From Myxococcales bacterium (GTDB taxonomy: Bacteria; Myxococcota_C; UBA6777): DNA of 64,000 nucleotides. A model generated the notes under the pieces. It was given only the letters and a program-made list of their open reading frames with translations. It did no database searches and was not told the origin of the DNA. The stretch lies in assembly GCA_020632975.1 (NCBI GenBank), contig JACKEL010000004.1, forward strand, positions 271,963-335,962, given 5' to 3'. Positions within the stretch are counted from its first letter, which is position 1, and every line of letters begins with the position of its first letter. Positions 17,809-27,288 of the stretch are shown here, in pieces. A program made the translations under genes and the position numbers.

Positions 17809-20565
17809 ATGGTTTGGCGTGTGCTCTTGAAAAGATATCTAGTGTGGGGATCTTTGTTGTTGTTATGGGCCTTTCCGCGTTTGGCCTTTGCGCAACAAGG
17901 CTCGAACTGTCAGCCGCCCAACTTGATGGTGATTATTGATGCATCCAACAGTATGGGCAACAACAACAAGATCGCGAGCCAAGCTTGTACGACCAAAGCA
18001 TCTTGTAACCCGATCCCTTTCACCTTTCAGCCCGCCCCAGGGACGACACCTCGCTATGATTATTCGTGCAATGCCAACAAAAAGTGCTTGTACACGCGTT
18101 GGGATATCGCGAGGAATGCGCTAAAAGAAGTCGCCTATCAGTACGGAGGGACCGCCGCAAACAACTACAGCGATCGCAAAGCGCGCTTTGGTTTGGTGGC
18201 CTTCAACGATCTTGCGACTTTGGAAGCGACGATCACCGCCAACCCACCAAAGATGGCCAACCGTTTGGATGCCAAGACCCTGGCTTATGGAACGCGATTT
18301 ACCCGCGCTTTTACGGAGGCACGCAACCATCTTCAAAGTGTGATCAACAGCGACTCCGTGGCAAAACGCCCGACACATATCTTGTTTATGACGGATGGTG
18401 CGCCCACAGACGGGTGTGTCGATGCGCCCAATATGGTCCGCGATATGTACCAAGGGACGGGCACATTTGCCTTGAAAGATACCAAAGGCAATATTTATCC
18501 AGTCAAGACCTATGTGATCGGATTTGGCTCAGGGATCAACGCCAGCGCCAACAACTGCCTAACCAAGATGGCCGATCTTGGAGGAACCAAGCGCTGTGAC
18601 CCAAGCATCGCTGGGTGTGTGGCTTACTTTTTTGCGGACAACGCTGTCCAACTCAAGGGCGCGATGGATGCAATCGTCGATAACGCAACCCAAGAAGCTT
18701 GCGATGGGATCGACAACGACTGTGATGGAAAAACCGACGAAGATTACAAAGACCTCGGTCAAAGCTGCGATGTGGGCGTTGGGGAGTGCAAACGCACAGG
18801 GACGAAAGCTTGTCGCCCCAATGGTAGCGGGACACGTTGTGATATCGCTGCGGGCACACCTGCCGCAGAGATCTGCGATGGCAAAGACAACGACTGTGAT
18901 GGAAAAACCGATGAAGACTTCCCCACGCTGGGTTCGCCTTGCCAAGCGGGTGTCGGATCTTGTCGTAACAGCGGGGTCTTAGCGTGTCGTCCTGATGGCT
19001 TGTCGACGATTTGTAATGCTGTTCCTTTGCAGCCACAGCCTGAGGTCTGCGATGGCAAAGACAACGACTGCAACGGACAAATCGACGACAATCTCACGCA
19101 AGGTTGCTCCACAGCTTGCGGGACGGGCGTTGAGTTTTGCCAAGGTGGAAAGTGGGTCGGTTGTACCGCGCCCAAGACAGAAGCCGAGGTCTGTGATGGC
19201 CGAGACAACGACTGTAACGGGACTGTCGATGATGGTCTCAAGCGTCCTTGCACCACAAGCTGCGGAAGTGGCGAAGAAACCTGCGTGAATGGAAACTGGG
19301 TATTTTGTGATGCGCCCAAAGCAGAGCCTGAGATCTGTGATGGCAAAGACAACGACTGCGACGGAAAAACCGACGAAGGAATCGTTCCTCGTGCTTGCCA
19401 AGGAGATTGTGGGACGGGGACCGCACAGTGCGTCAATGGCGCTTATACAGGTTGCGACGGACCCAAGCCCGAAACAGAGGTCTGCGATGGCAAAGACAAC
19501 GACTGCAACGGACAGATCGACGATGGCCTAGAACGCGACTGCAAAAGCCTTTGTGGTGATGGAAAAGAACTCTGTAAGAATGGGTCGTGGGAAACCTGCA
19601 ACGCACCTCAACCCAAAACAGAGATCTGCGATGGCCAAGACAACGATTGCAACGGCAAGATCGACGACAACGCAACTTGCCCCACAGGTGAAAGCTGCGT
19701 CGAAGGCCTCTGTCGTCGTCCTTGTCGCAATGGTGAGTGTCCAACAGCGTTCCAATGCCGCGAAGGATTTTGTTTCTCCACGACCTGCGACAACATCACT
19801 TGTCCAGGCGATCTCGTTTGCAAAAGCGGCCAGTGTATCGACGCTTGCATTGGTGTGACTTGCCCTGATCAAGAAGTCTGTAAAGCTGGAAAGTGCGTGG
19901 AAAACAATTGTTTTGGTTTGGGATGTCCCACAGGGGAAGTCTGTAAAGCCGGACAGTGCGGGGTTGATCCTTGTGCTACTGTGACTTGCTCAAGTGACCA
20001 ATACTGCCGCGAGGGTTCTTGTGTCGCTGTTTGTAAGACAGATTCTTGCGCACCAGGCGAAGGATGCTCTGAAGGAAAGTGCGTACCCGATCCTTGTGCG
20101 GGTGTTTCTTGTGCGAACTTCCAGCGTTGCGTGAATGGAGCTTGCCAAGCGGACCCCTGTTTTGAAGTGACATGCCCCAATGGTCGGGTATGTGCTGATG
20201 GCAAGTGCCAAGAAGACCCATGTCTCGGCATCCAGTGCCCCGCAGGTTCAAGCTGTGTCGAAGGGGTTTGCAAGCAACCCTCTCGTCCACCCTTGCCAGA
20301 ACCCGTTGTAGAGGGCGTCACAGAGCCCGGCGATGAGATCGCCTCTGATGCAGAAGGGACGATCTCAAATGATGCCTCGCAACTCGATGATCCTACAGGA
20401 GAAAAAGTCTTCGGCGAGTCCAACTCTCCCAGTGAACGCTATGGAAGCGGCCAAGCCCCTGGATGTAGCTGTCAAACAGGGAATACGCCGCTGTCTGGAG
20501 GCATCTTGTTGTTCTTGTTGGTGTTCTTGAGAGTGCGCAGACGTCAACCTCAACGCGCTGAATAA
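17809..20565 (+). CDS. Secreted giant Cys-rich protein: vWA domain, seven MopE-type metal-binding repeats, C-x-G-x-C module array, MYXO-CTERM anchor
   Basis: Signal peptide MVWRVLLKRYLVWGSLLLLWAFPRLAFA after a GGAGG RBS. vWA MIDAS-like LMVIIDASNSMG. Seven copies of E[IV]CDG.DNDC[DN]G..D[ED]. C-terminal GCSCQTG...ILLFLLVFLRVRRRQ fits the MYXO-CTERM pattern. Confidence 0.82.
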   Translation: MVWRVLLKRYLVWGSLLLLWAFPRLAFAQQGSNCQPPNLMVIIDASNSMGNNNKIASQACTTKASCNPIPFTFQPAPGTTPRYDYSCNANKKCLYTRWDIARNALKEVAYQYGGTAANNYSDRKARFGLVAFNDLATLEATITANPPKMANRLDAKTLAYGTRFTRAFTEARNHLQSVINSDSVAKRPTHILFMTDGAPTDGCVDAPNMVRDMYQGTGTFALKDTKGNIYPVKTYVIGFGSGINASANNCLTKMADLGGTKRCDPSIAGCVAYFFADNAVQLKGAMDAIVDNATQEACDGIDNDCDGKTDEDYKDLGQSCDVGVGECKRTGTKACRPNGSGTRCDIAAGTPAAEICDGKDNDCDGKTDEDFPTLGSPCQAGVGSCRNSGVLACRPDGLSTICNAVPLQPQPEVCDGKDNDCNGQIDDNLTQGCSTACGTGVEFCQGGKWVGCTAPKTEAEVCDGRDNDCNGTVDDGLKRPCTTSCGSGEETCVNGNWVFCDAPKAEPEICDGKDNDCDGKTDEGIVPRACQGDCGTGTAQCVNGAYTGCDGPKPETEVCDGKDNDCNGQIDDGLERDCKSLCGDGKELCKNGSWETCNAPQPKTEICDGQDNDCNGKIDDNATCPTGESCVEGLCRRPCRNGECPTAFQCREGFCFSTTCDNITCPGDLVCKSGQCIDACIGVTCPDQEVCKAGKCVENNCFGLGCPTGEVCKAGQCGVDPCATVTCSSDQYCREGSCVAVCKTDSCAPGEGCSEGKCVPDPCAGVSCANFQRCVNGACQADPCFEVTCPNGRVCADGKCQEDPCLGIQCPAGSSCVEGVCKQPSRPPLPEPVVEGVTEPGDEIASDAEGTISNDASQLDDPTGEKVFGESNSPSERYGSGQAPGCSCQTGNTPLSGGILLFLLVFLRVRRRQPQRAE
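18700..19700 (+). repeat. Intragenic tandem DNA repeats (~140-150 bp period) encoding the MopE-type modules
   Basis: The string tgcgatggcaaagacaacgactg(c/t)(g/a)a(c/t)gg recurs at about 18877, 19051, 19330, 19480 and 19630. A closely related variant occurs at 19189. Confidence 0.6.
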
Positions 20566-20625
20566 CACGGTGGTTTCGTGGTCTTGGGCTTTTAGAGGCC
20601 CAAACCTTTTGGGGGAGGGGGTCGC

Positions 20626-21288
20626 TTAGGTTTCTGTGGTAGGGGGAGATGGGAGAGGGCGTTCTGAACGTCGCGCCAACCAAGGCAACGCCAGAAAAGA
20701 GAACAACAACAGCAAGATAAGTGGATAGAGTTGGTGGGGCGGCTTACCAAAGGTCGCGAAGATCTGCAATCCACACATCCCACCAACGAGAAAAAGCATC
20801 TTTCGACGCTGTGTTGGAGGACAAGCCCACCACAGAAACAAGCCCACACTCAACGCAAAAAGCACCATCTCTAGGGAAAATGCCAACATCGGATAATTCC
20901 ACAAGCCAAATCCCACTTTGTGGCCCGGATAGAGCGAGAGATCGGGGCGATGGACGAGGAGATCCAACAACCAGTGTGAACTCACGGTGATCCCAACAAC
21001 GCTTGCTTCTTTCCACGATAGCCGCAGAAAAGTAAGCGACTTGGCCAAAAGCATCGCCCCAAGTCCCCAAAGCAACGTCGCCAACAGACTATGCGTGTAG
21101 GGCATGTGGTAGAGGTCGAACGGATTGGAGCGCAAACCTGGGACGATACGGACTTTTTCGACCCCTGTTAGCACAAAGGCTGCCCAAAAGATATCGACAA
21201 ACTGGGCCGCTAAAAAGAGCACCCAAAGAGGTATCTTGGGTTGGGCAGACTTGGCGACAAAAGCCGCGCTGTAATGGCCGATATACAT
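20626..21288 (-). CDS. Integral membrane protein, possibly a membrane-bound metal-dependent hydrolase (YdjM/DUF457-like)
   Basis: 5-6 hydrophobic helices and His-rich motifs (HYSAAF, HMPYTHS). Start set at the internal MYIGH Met. Confidence 0.4.
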   Translation of the reverse strand: MYIGHYSAAFVAKSAQPKIPLWVLFLAAQFVDIFWAAFVLTGVEKVRIVPGLRSNPFDLYHMPYTHSLLATLLWGLGAMLLAKSLTFLRLSWKEASVVGITVSSHWLLDLLVHRPDLSLYPGHKVGFGLWNYPMLAFSLEMVLFALSVGLFLWWACPPTQRRKMLFLVGGMCGLQIFATFGKPPHQLYPLILLLLFSFLALPWLARRSERPLPSPPTTET

Positions 21289-21292
21289 CTTC

Positions 21293-22090
21293 TTATCTCC
21301 CTGGGGGAGGAGAAAGTTTGGGTGATGCGTGGCCTTGAAGGACTTTGAGGTAGGCTTGCACAGTCGCATAAAGCCCCATGTCGATGGCATCTGCGATCAG
21401 TGCGTGTCCAATGGAGACTTCAAGGAGGTTGGGGACGCGTGCGCAAAAAGCCCCAAGGTTCTGCAAGTTGAGGTCGTGCCCTGCATTGATCCCAAGCCCC
21501 AACTCTGCGGCGCGTTGGGCGGCTTGGGCGTAGGTCTCTAGTTGTGTGCCCATGTTCGTTTGCCCAAAAGAAGCCGCATAAGGCTCAGTGTAAAGCTCGA
21601 TGCGATCCACACCAAGTTCGGCTGCGCGTTCGATTTGTTCGATGTCTGGGTCCATAAAGAGACTGACGCGCATCCCATCTTCTTTGAAAGCCTCAACCAC
21701 AGGTCTCAAACGCTCACTTGTGGTGCGCAGATCCCAGCCATGATCAGAGGTCGAAGCATTTGGATCATCGGGTACAAGGGTGCATTGGTGCGGACGGATC
21801 TTGCGAACAAGCTCAAACCACGCCGCTTTTTCGTCCGTTTGGGCATGGACAAATGGATTTCCTTCGATGTTGTATTCGATATGGGGATACTGCTTTAGGA
21901 GTCCTTCAAGCTCGAAGGCATCGGTCTTTCGGATGTGTCTCTCATCTGGTCTTGGATGGATCGTGATGCCGTGGGCGCCCGCTGCGATGCAAGTTTGCGC
22001 AGCGTGTAGGACATTGGGGATGTTGAGAGGGCGCGAGTTTCGAATAAATGCGATCTTGTTCACATTGACGCTGAGTTGGGTCACGAGCAT
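21293..22090 (-). CDS. pdxJ: Pyridoxine 5'-phosphate synthase PdxJ
   Basis: LSVNVNKIAFIRNSR aligns with the PdxJ N-terminus LGVNIDHIATLRNAR. GITIHPRPDERHI aligns with GITVHLREDRRHI. TIM-barrel length. Start chosen by alignment to E. coli PdxJ. Confidence 0.85.
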   Translation of the reverse strand: MLVTQLSVNVNKIAFIRNSRPLNIPNVLHAAQTCIAAGAHGITIHPRPDERHIRKTDAFELEGLLKQYPHIEYNIEGNPFVHAQTDEKAAWFELVRKIRPHQCTLVPDDPNASTSDHGWDLRTTSERLRPVVEAFKEDGMRVSLFMDPDIEQIERAAELGVDRIELYTEPYAASFGQTNMGTQLETYAQAAQRAAELGLGINAGHDLNLQNLGAFCARVPNLLEVSIGHALIADAIDMGLYATVQAYLKVLQGHASPKLSPPPGR

Positions 22091-22252
22091 CTCCTTATCG
22101 CTGAAGGTACAGGAGGGTTGGGACAAAAGAGACAAGATTGTGATGATCGCGAGGGGCAGTGTCTAGGGGCTCTTGAGGAAATCTTGTGGGATGGGGGCTT
22201 TTTTTTGGCGCGAGAACGAGCTTTTTGGTGCCTTTGAGCGGGGGAGGCTGCA

Positions 22253-22834
22253 TCAGTGAAAGGGCTTGGGGGCGAGAAAGTGCCAAAGCAAAAGAGATAT
22301 CGGGATACGCAGAGAGAATCCAATCGAAGCGACGGTCTTTTCGGGTTGGAAGAACAAGTTCCCTTCGAGCGAAAAGATCGACCAACCGAGCGCCAAGCGT
22401 AGGAAGCCTTGGTTGGGGCCGCGATAACCGCCTTCCAAAGAGGCATGGAGCCCCATGCTTGTAGAGAGACCTTCGACATATCCGCCGACTTCCCACGCCA
22501 AAGTATGCTCAAGCGCAGCGATCGCACCCACAGAAAGGACCCACTGTGAACGCAAGCTATTGTGGATGAAACTTGCGCCCACTCTCATACGTGGCAAAAA
22601 CGCCCACTGGCCCGAAGAAAACTCGTAGCGTGTCCCTACGGAGAGCGACAAATCAAACCAAGTGCTCCATCGACTGTATTGGAAAAATCCTTTGGGTACT
22701 CTGATGATACGCTTAACGATCTTTTTGCGGGTCTTGGTCGTGGTTGCTTGGGAGGTGGGCTGTGCTTGGACATCTTGGGGAGATGTGAACAAGAGAATGC
22801 CCAAAAGACCCGTGTAGAGGAGGTTATAACGCAT
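22253..22834 (-). CDS. Secreted protein, probable small outer-membrane beta-barrel
   Basis: Signal peptide MRYNLLYTGLLGILLFTSPQDVQAQ. Alternating amphipathic beta-strand pattern with a C-terminal aromatic. Confidence 0.5.
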   Translation of the reverse strand: MRYNLLYTGLLGILLFTSPQDVQAQPTSQATTTKTRKKIVKRIIRVPKGFFQYSRWSTWFDLSLSVGTRYEFSSGQWAFLPRMRVGASFIHNSLRSQWVLSVGAIAALEHTLAWEVGGYVEGLSTSMGLHASLEGGYRGPNQGFLRLALGWSIFSLEGNLFFQPEKTVASIGFSLRIPISLLLWHFLAPKPFH

Positions 22835-23285
22835 GGCTTTGTTGTCCCGCGCGGAGCTGAGCGCGTAAGAAAAGCTGCATGCCTTGTTTTTCTGTGATCG
22901 CTTTTTCTTGGAAGATCCTGCGTGCTTCGTCGCATGGAAAGAGTCGTCTCAAGCACTGAGCGAGGTTTGCATCTTTTGTTTTGAAGGTTGTCTTACAAAA
23001 ACGAGGTCGCGATGTGATCTCGACAGAACCTTTGATCATTTGGAGGGACTTGGGGATGGGGCATCGTCTTGCCCCAAGAAAGAAGAACTTGGACAACAAA
23101 GGCACAAAAAGATCTTCTTGGGCTGCGGGTTGGGAAGCGACTTGGATGCTTGAGAGCTTCGAGATACCCGGAAAATGCAAAGACACATAATGAAGGGGGG
23201 CTACATCTTCTTTTTCTTGGGTGCATCCAGTAAAAGACACCCCCATGCAAGAAAAGAGAAGGACAAAAAAGTATTGTGGTTTCAT
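22824..23285 (-). CDS. Hypothetical lipoprotein
   Basis: MKPQYFFVLLFSCMGVSFTGC lipobox-like signal. Its stop overlaps the downstream OMP start by 11 nt, suggesting translational coupling. Confidence 0.5.
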   Translation of the reverse strand: MKPQYFFVLLFSCMGVSFTGCTQEKEDVAPLHYVSLHFPGISKLSSIQVASQPAAQEDLFVPLLSKFFFLGARRCPIPKSLQMIKGSVEITSRPRFCKTTFKTKDANLAQCLRRLFPCDEARRIFQEKAITEKQGMQLFLRAQLRAGQQSHAL

Positions 23286-23430
23286 GATCTCGCTCCAATC
23301 CTCTTGGGGGGTCGATGCCAAAAAAAAGAGATGGAAAAAAAGACGAACAAAAAGAAAATAATTCGTCTTTTTTTCTGAAAAGGGGATGTCTTTCTTTTAC
23401 TAGATTACAAAAGAGATGAAGGGGCGGATA

Positions 23431-23646
23431 TTAGGGCGTTTGTGCGCGGCAGCGAACGATCTGGATACCATCTACTTCGCAGACATACACTTTCCGCAGC
23501 GCCCCAAAGAGAAAGCTATCGTTTTGCAAGATGGCTACTTTGCTGCCTGATTGGTTCATGGCTACGCCTGAGTAGAAGCAACCTTGTGCAAACATCGCAA
23601 AAAAAGCCGCGAGAAACAACGAAAGAAAAATACGACGTGTCTTCAT
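23431..23646 (-). CDS. Small secreted protein or lipoprotein (71 aa)
   Basis: MKTRRIFLSLFLAAFFAMFAQGC signal plus Cys. Divergent from the STAND gene across the AT-rich spacer. Confidence 0.4.
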   Translation of the reverse strand: MKTRRIFLSLFLAAFFAMFAQGCFYSGVAMNQSGSKVAILQNDSFLFGALRKVYVCEVDGIQIVRCRAQTP

Positions 23647-23649
23647 GGT

Positions 23650-23830
23650 AAAAGTCTCCTTTTTATTTTGGGGGGGATTTTGCCGAGGACTTATTTCCTC
23701 CGACGATGTTTTATGTAGCGTGAGGTTTTAAGACTGTCAAATGTAAAATTGTTTTTATTTTTCAATGTTTTATATTTGTTCAAATGTGTCTAAAATGTGT
23801 TCGGGTATGTCCATTTATTGAACAGAAAAA
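23650..23830. promoter_or_regulatory. AT-rich divergent promoter region with repeated CAAATGT / TAAAATGT motifs
   Basis: Local GC is far below the window average, with runs such as ttttatttttcaatgttttatatttgttcaaatgtgtctaaaatgtgtt. Lies between two divergently oriented genes. Confidence 0.45.
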
Positions 23831-26800
23831 ATGGATTTGAAGGAATTGTCCGCGATGTGGACAATGTGGGTCGGAGCGTGTGGGGTTGGGTGTTTTTGTA
23901 GGATGTGTTATGAGAGAAGAGGTTCAGAGCGTGTGGTGGATGGTTTCATCACCAAAGCATCCGTCAGTCGGGAAACAAAAGGAGCGAGTATGCGAGAGGT
24001 CTTGGGGCTTGCACGTGAACTTCACGATGAGGTGTGGGTCTGCGGGGATGCTTTGTTGGGTACAGAACTTTCGATGATCAACGATACGATATGGCGTTGT
24101 GGCTTTGTGCCAAACGAGCTTGTTGTGGATGAAAAAGCTCAAGATGAGGGGATGATAGAGGCTGGGGAACTTCAACAGCGAGCCGCACTGTTGGTCGTGG
24201 CAGGGCAACTTGAAGACTGGGAGGTTGGTGGGCCGCCTGCTACCGTTCTTGCGTGGATGCGCCACGCGCGCTCAGCGGGGATTGGTATCTTTATGGTGGT
24301 TTGGTGTCGTCCGCGTTTTCCGCGTGCGCGTCGTGAGGCTTTTATACAACACTGGCAGGCTGAAGGTGCTGAGATCTTTTCTACGGAAGAGGCCGATCCT
24401 TGGTCTGTTTGGGAAGAACAGCCAGTTGTTCAAAAGAGCGTGCGTGCGGATCGTGTACTTTGTTGTTCGACCGAGCAACAAGCGCTCAAAGGCATCTTTT
24501 CTTCGATCCTGTGGTTATTAACACGCCAAGAGCCCGCACATACCGCGCGAGAGCGCCATCTCGACAGCCTTTTGGGTCAAGATCTGCTTTCTAGTTCACA
24601 GAGAACCAACGACCTGACAGACGATCTTGAGGCCAGTGAGATCGCTTTGCATCACCCGAATGCTCGCAGAATCCCATTGCCTCCGATGCCTTACGTGGTA
24701 CATCCGTATATCCTGACGCGGCGATTCTTTGGTCGCGAGAATGAATTGGAGATGTTGGATGACTGGGGAAGATCGTCTGATTCGACCCTTGTGATCGATG
24801 GCATCGGCGGGGTGGGCAAGAGTGCTTTGACGTGGCACTGGTTTTGTCACTACGCAGCCCAGTCGATCCCTGATCTCGAAGGCGCGATGTGGTGGAGCTT
24901 TTACGAGAGCAACGCCACGATGGACGCTTTTTTGCGCCAAGCCTTGCTTTATGTGAGCGAACCTGCAGAAGCCGCGAGCTTACCGCTGCTCAAATACGAA
25001 GAGCGCATCGAACGGCTTTTTGAGATCCTAAAAAAGCGAAGGATTCTTTTTGTTTTTGATGGGATCGAGCGAATCATGGTGGCTTATCATCGCTTGGATG
25101 CTTCGCATCTGCGGGATGACCAAGTGGAAGCGAGCGCAGAAGTCTTACGCGAACGCCAAGAACGCTCTTTTACAGACCCGCAACATGGGGATCTTTTGCG
25201 CGTTCTCTGCCAGCAAACACAGTGCAAGTTGCTGATCAGTACGCGCCTCAAACCTTACGACCTCGAAGAAAAGATGTCCGAAGGACAATCTCCCATGCTC
25301 GATGGGATACGCTATCGTTATCTCGATAGCTTGGAGCCCAAAGATGCTTTGGCGTTGGTGGCCTCGCGCGGTGTCTCTGGAAACCAAGACGCGATGCGGG
25401 ACTTTATGGGGCTTTTTGATTACCACAGCCTTCTCTTGGGGGTCTTGGCGGGAATCATCGTCCATGATCGCCAAGCCAAGGGCGACTTCGATCGTTGGTA
25501 CGCTTTGCATCGTGAGTCGTTGGACTTTGCTGCGCTGACTTCTGCCCAACGCCGCATCATGTTGTTGCGCCTTGCTTTGGAGAGTTTGCCCAAGACCTCG
25601 CGGCGTTTGTTGTGCCAAGTTGCAGCGTTTCGTTATCCTGTACGCTTTGATGCGTTGTTGCCCTTGCATCGGCCTGTTCCAGATCCTCCGAGTGAGCCTG
25701 GACGTCCTTTTGAATACTGGCTGAACGATCTCCGCGAACAGTACGCAAACACCGATGACGACGAAGAGCGTGAATCTTTGCTTGAAGAGATCGCCTTGGA
25801 AGAAGAGGAGATCGCCGAACAACATGCGCGATGGCGTATCTTTTTGCGGGAGAAGCGACGTTATAGCCAACGTGCGGACGTTTGCGATGTGCGCGCCAAC
25901 TTCCACGTATCGCTGTGTTTGTTGGAGCGCTATGGCTTGTTGCAGTGGGATCGACCTGCGAATCGCTATGACTTGCACCCCGTGGTACGGGGGTATGCGT
26001 TTGAACAACTCGAAGGACGAGAGCGGCATAAGACATTTTCTCATATCCGCGATCACTTTGAGCGTTTGCCACCTGAAGACATGAAGACCATTGAAGAGGT
26101 CAGCGAGCTTCGCCGAACCATCGAGATCTATCATGCTTTGATCGGCGCAGGAAACTTCGATGAGGCCGCATCCTTCTACAGCACACAACTCAACCAAGTA
26201 TTGTTCAACCAGTTGGGTGCTTACTACACGATGATCGAGTTGTTGAGTCCGCTGTTCCCGAGGGGATTGGAAAAGCGTCCAGCATTGCGTTCGTTGTTTG
26301 CGCAGGGTGCGCGGATCGTGGATATCTCCAATGCCCTGAATATGGTCGGGCGCGGTGATGAAGCCAAGCGGATGCGTGCGATGTCGATCGAGATCGACTT
26401 AGAGCAGCAGAGCGGGGCGGCCTTGGGTATCTCCTTGATCAACTATGCGTTGTCTTTGGAAGACGAAGATCGCGTCGAGGCGGCCTCTCGTTGTTTGCGA
26501 CTGGCTTTGGAAGTGAGTCGCGCCGCAGAAGACGATCGCAGCGTGATCTTGTCACTGTTGTACCTGTCGTCTTTGGCTGTTGAGATGGGTGACGAAGAGT
26601 CTTTCTTGCGTTGGGAACGTGAGTTTTTTGCATGTCCTTCGTATGTAAAGACGCATGATCGTTTGGCGCGTTTGTATCTGTACCGTGCGCACTGGATGAT
26701 CGATCACGGCGAAGATCCCGAGCAAAGCAAGCTTCTCTCGCAAGCATGGGAAGAGGCTGTGGCTTGTCGAAGCGCTTCCATTCAGTGTGCTGTACAACGT

Positions 26801-27277
26801 TGGCGAGCGACTTGGGCTTTGCAACAAGGGAAACTGGATGTTGCAGAGCGAGGCTTTGAAGAAAGCATCCGTATCGCCCGCAAGTCGGGCTCTGTGAATG
26901 TTGCGATTTATCTTGGGCGCCTTGCACAAGTTCGCTTGAGGCAAGGGCGTACCCAAGAAGCGTCGATGTTGATCGAAGAAGCTCTGTCGATTCGTGAGTC
27001 TTTTATCTCGCTCCATCTTGATGCTGCGGATGTGTTTTATGCGACGGGGCAAGAAGAGCGTGGGAAACGCCATCTGTTGCGTGCTTACCAAGAAGCCTGG
27101 GCGGAAGGTCCCCCTTATTGCTGGCGTACCTCGTTGGCGCGTTGTGAAGATGCTTGCCAAGCGCGCGGTCTCCCTCTTCCCATCTTGGCACCTTTCGATC
27201 CACAATCTCGTGTTGTGTTGCCTCATGAGGAACGAATTGAAGAGTTTATCCGTCGTTTACGCGAAGATCTCGGATAA
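23831..27277 (+). CDS. STAND-class P-loop NTPase with unassigned N-terminal domain (~300 aa) and C-terminal TPR-like array (Avs/NLR-like architecture)
   Basis: Walker A VIDGIGGVGKSAL. Walker B-like ILFVFDGIER. About 500 aa of helical TPR-like repeats at the C-terminus. The true start may be the internal Met at MREVLGLARELH. Confidence 0.8.
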   Translation: MDLKELSAMWTMWVGACGVGCFCRMCYERRGSERVVDGFITKASVSRETKGASMREVLGLARELHDEVWVCGDALLGTELSMINDTIWRCGFVPNELVVDEKAQDEGMIEAGELQQRAALLVVAGQLEDWEVGGPPATVLAWMRHARSAGIGIFMVVWCRPRFPRARREAFIQHWQAEGAEIFSTEEADPWSVWEEQPVVQKSVRADRVLCCSTEQQALKGIFSSILWLLTRQEPAHTARERHLDSLLGQDLLSSSQRTNDLTDDLEASEIALHHPNARRIPLPPMPYVVHPYILTRRFFGRENELEMLDDWGRSSDSTLVIDGIGGVGKSALTWHWFCHYAAQSIPDLEGAMWWSFYESNATMDAFLRQALLYVSEPAEAASLPLLKYEERIERLFEILKKRRILFVFDGIERIMVAYHRLDASHLRDDQVEASAEVLRERQERSFTDPQHGDLLRVLCQQTQCKLLISTRLKPYDLEEKMSEGQSPMLDGIRYRYLDSLEPKDALALVASRGVSGNQDAMRDFMGLFDYHSLLLGVLAGIIVHDRQAKGDFDRWYALHRESLDFAALTSAQRRIMLLRLALESLPKTSRRLLCQVAAFRYPVRFDALLPLHRPVPDPPSEPGRPFEYWLNDLREQYANTDDDEERESLLEEIALEEEEIAEQHARWRIFLREKRRYSQRADVCDVRANFHVSLCLLERYGLLQWDRPANRYDLHPVVRGYAFEQLEGRERHKTFSHIRDHFERLPPEDMKTIEEVSELRRTIEIYHALIGAGNFDEAASFYSTQLNQVLFNQLGAYYTMIELLSPLFPRGLEKRPALRSLFAQGARIVDISNALNMVGRGDEAKRMRAMSIEIDLEQQSGAALGISLINYALSLEDEDRVEAASRCLRLALEVSRAAEDDRSVILSLLYLSSLAVEMGDEESFLRWEREFFACPSYVKTHDRLARLYLYRAHWMIDHGEDPEQSKLLSQAWEEAVACRSASIQCAVQRWRATWALQQGKLDVAERGFEESIRIARKSGSVNVAIYLGRLAQVRLRQGRTQEASMLIEEALSIRESFISLHLDAADVFYATGQEERGKRHLLRAYQEAWAEGPPYCWRTSLARCEDACQARGLPLPILAPFDPQSRVVLPHEERIEEFIRRLREDLG

Positions 27278-27288
27278 AGGAATAGAGG

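Noticed and set aside
22136-22252. G-run plus T8 tract (gggggcttttttttgg) as a possible intrinsic terminator
   Set aside because: No convincing upstream stem. On the minus strand, where the flanking genes lie, it would read as an A-tract preceding rather than following any stem.
25145-26197. 350-aa minus-strand ORF inside the STAND gene. Similar long antisense ORFs occur at 47432-48748, 49032-49955, 59073-60110, 43922-44737 and 5869-6945.
   Set aside because: Arg/Ser/Gln-rich with low-complexity translation, no motifs, and fully embedded antisense to well-supported genes. Typical spurious ORFs of GC-rich DNA.
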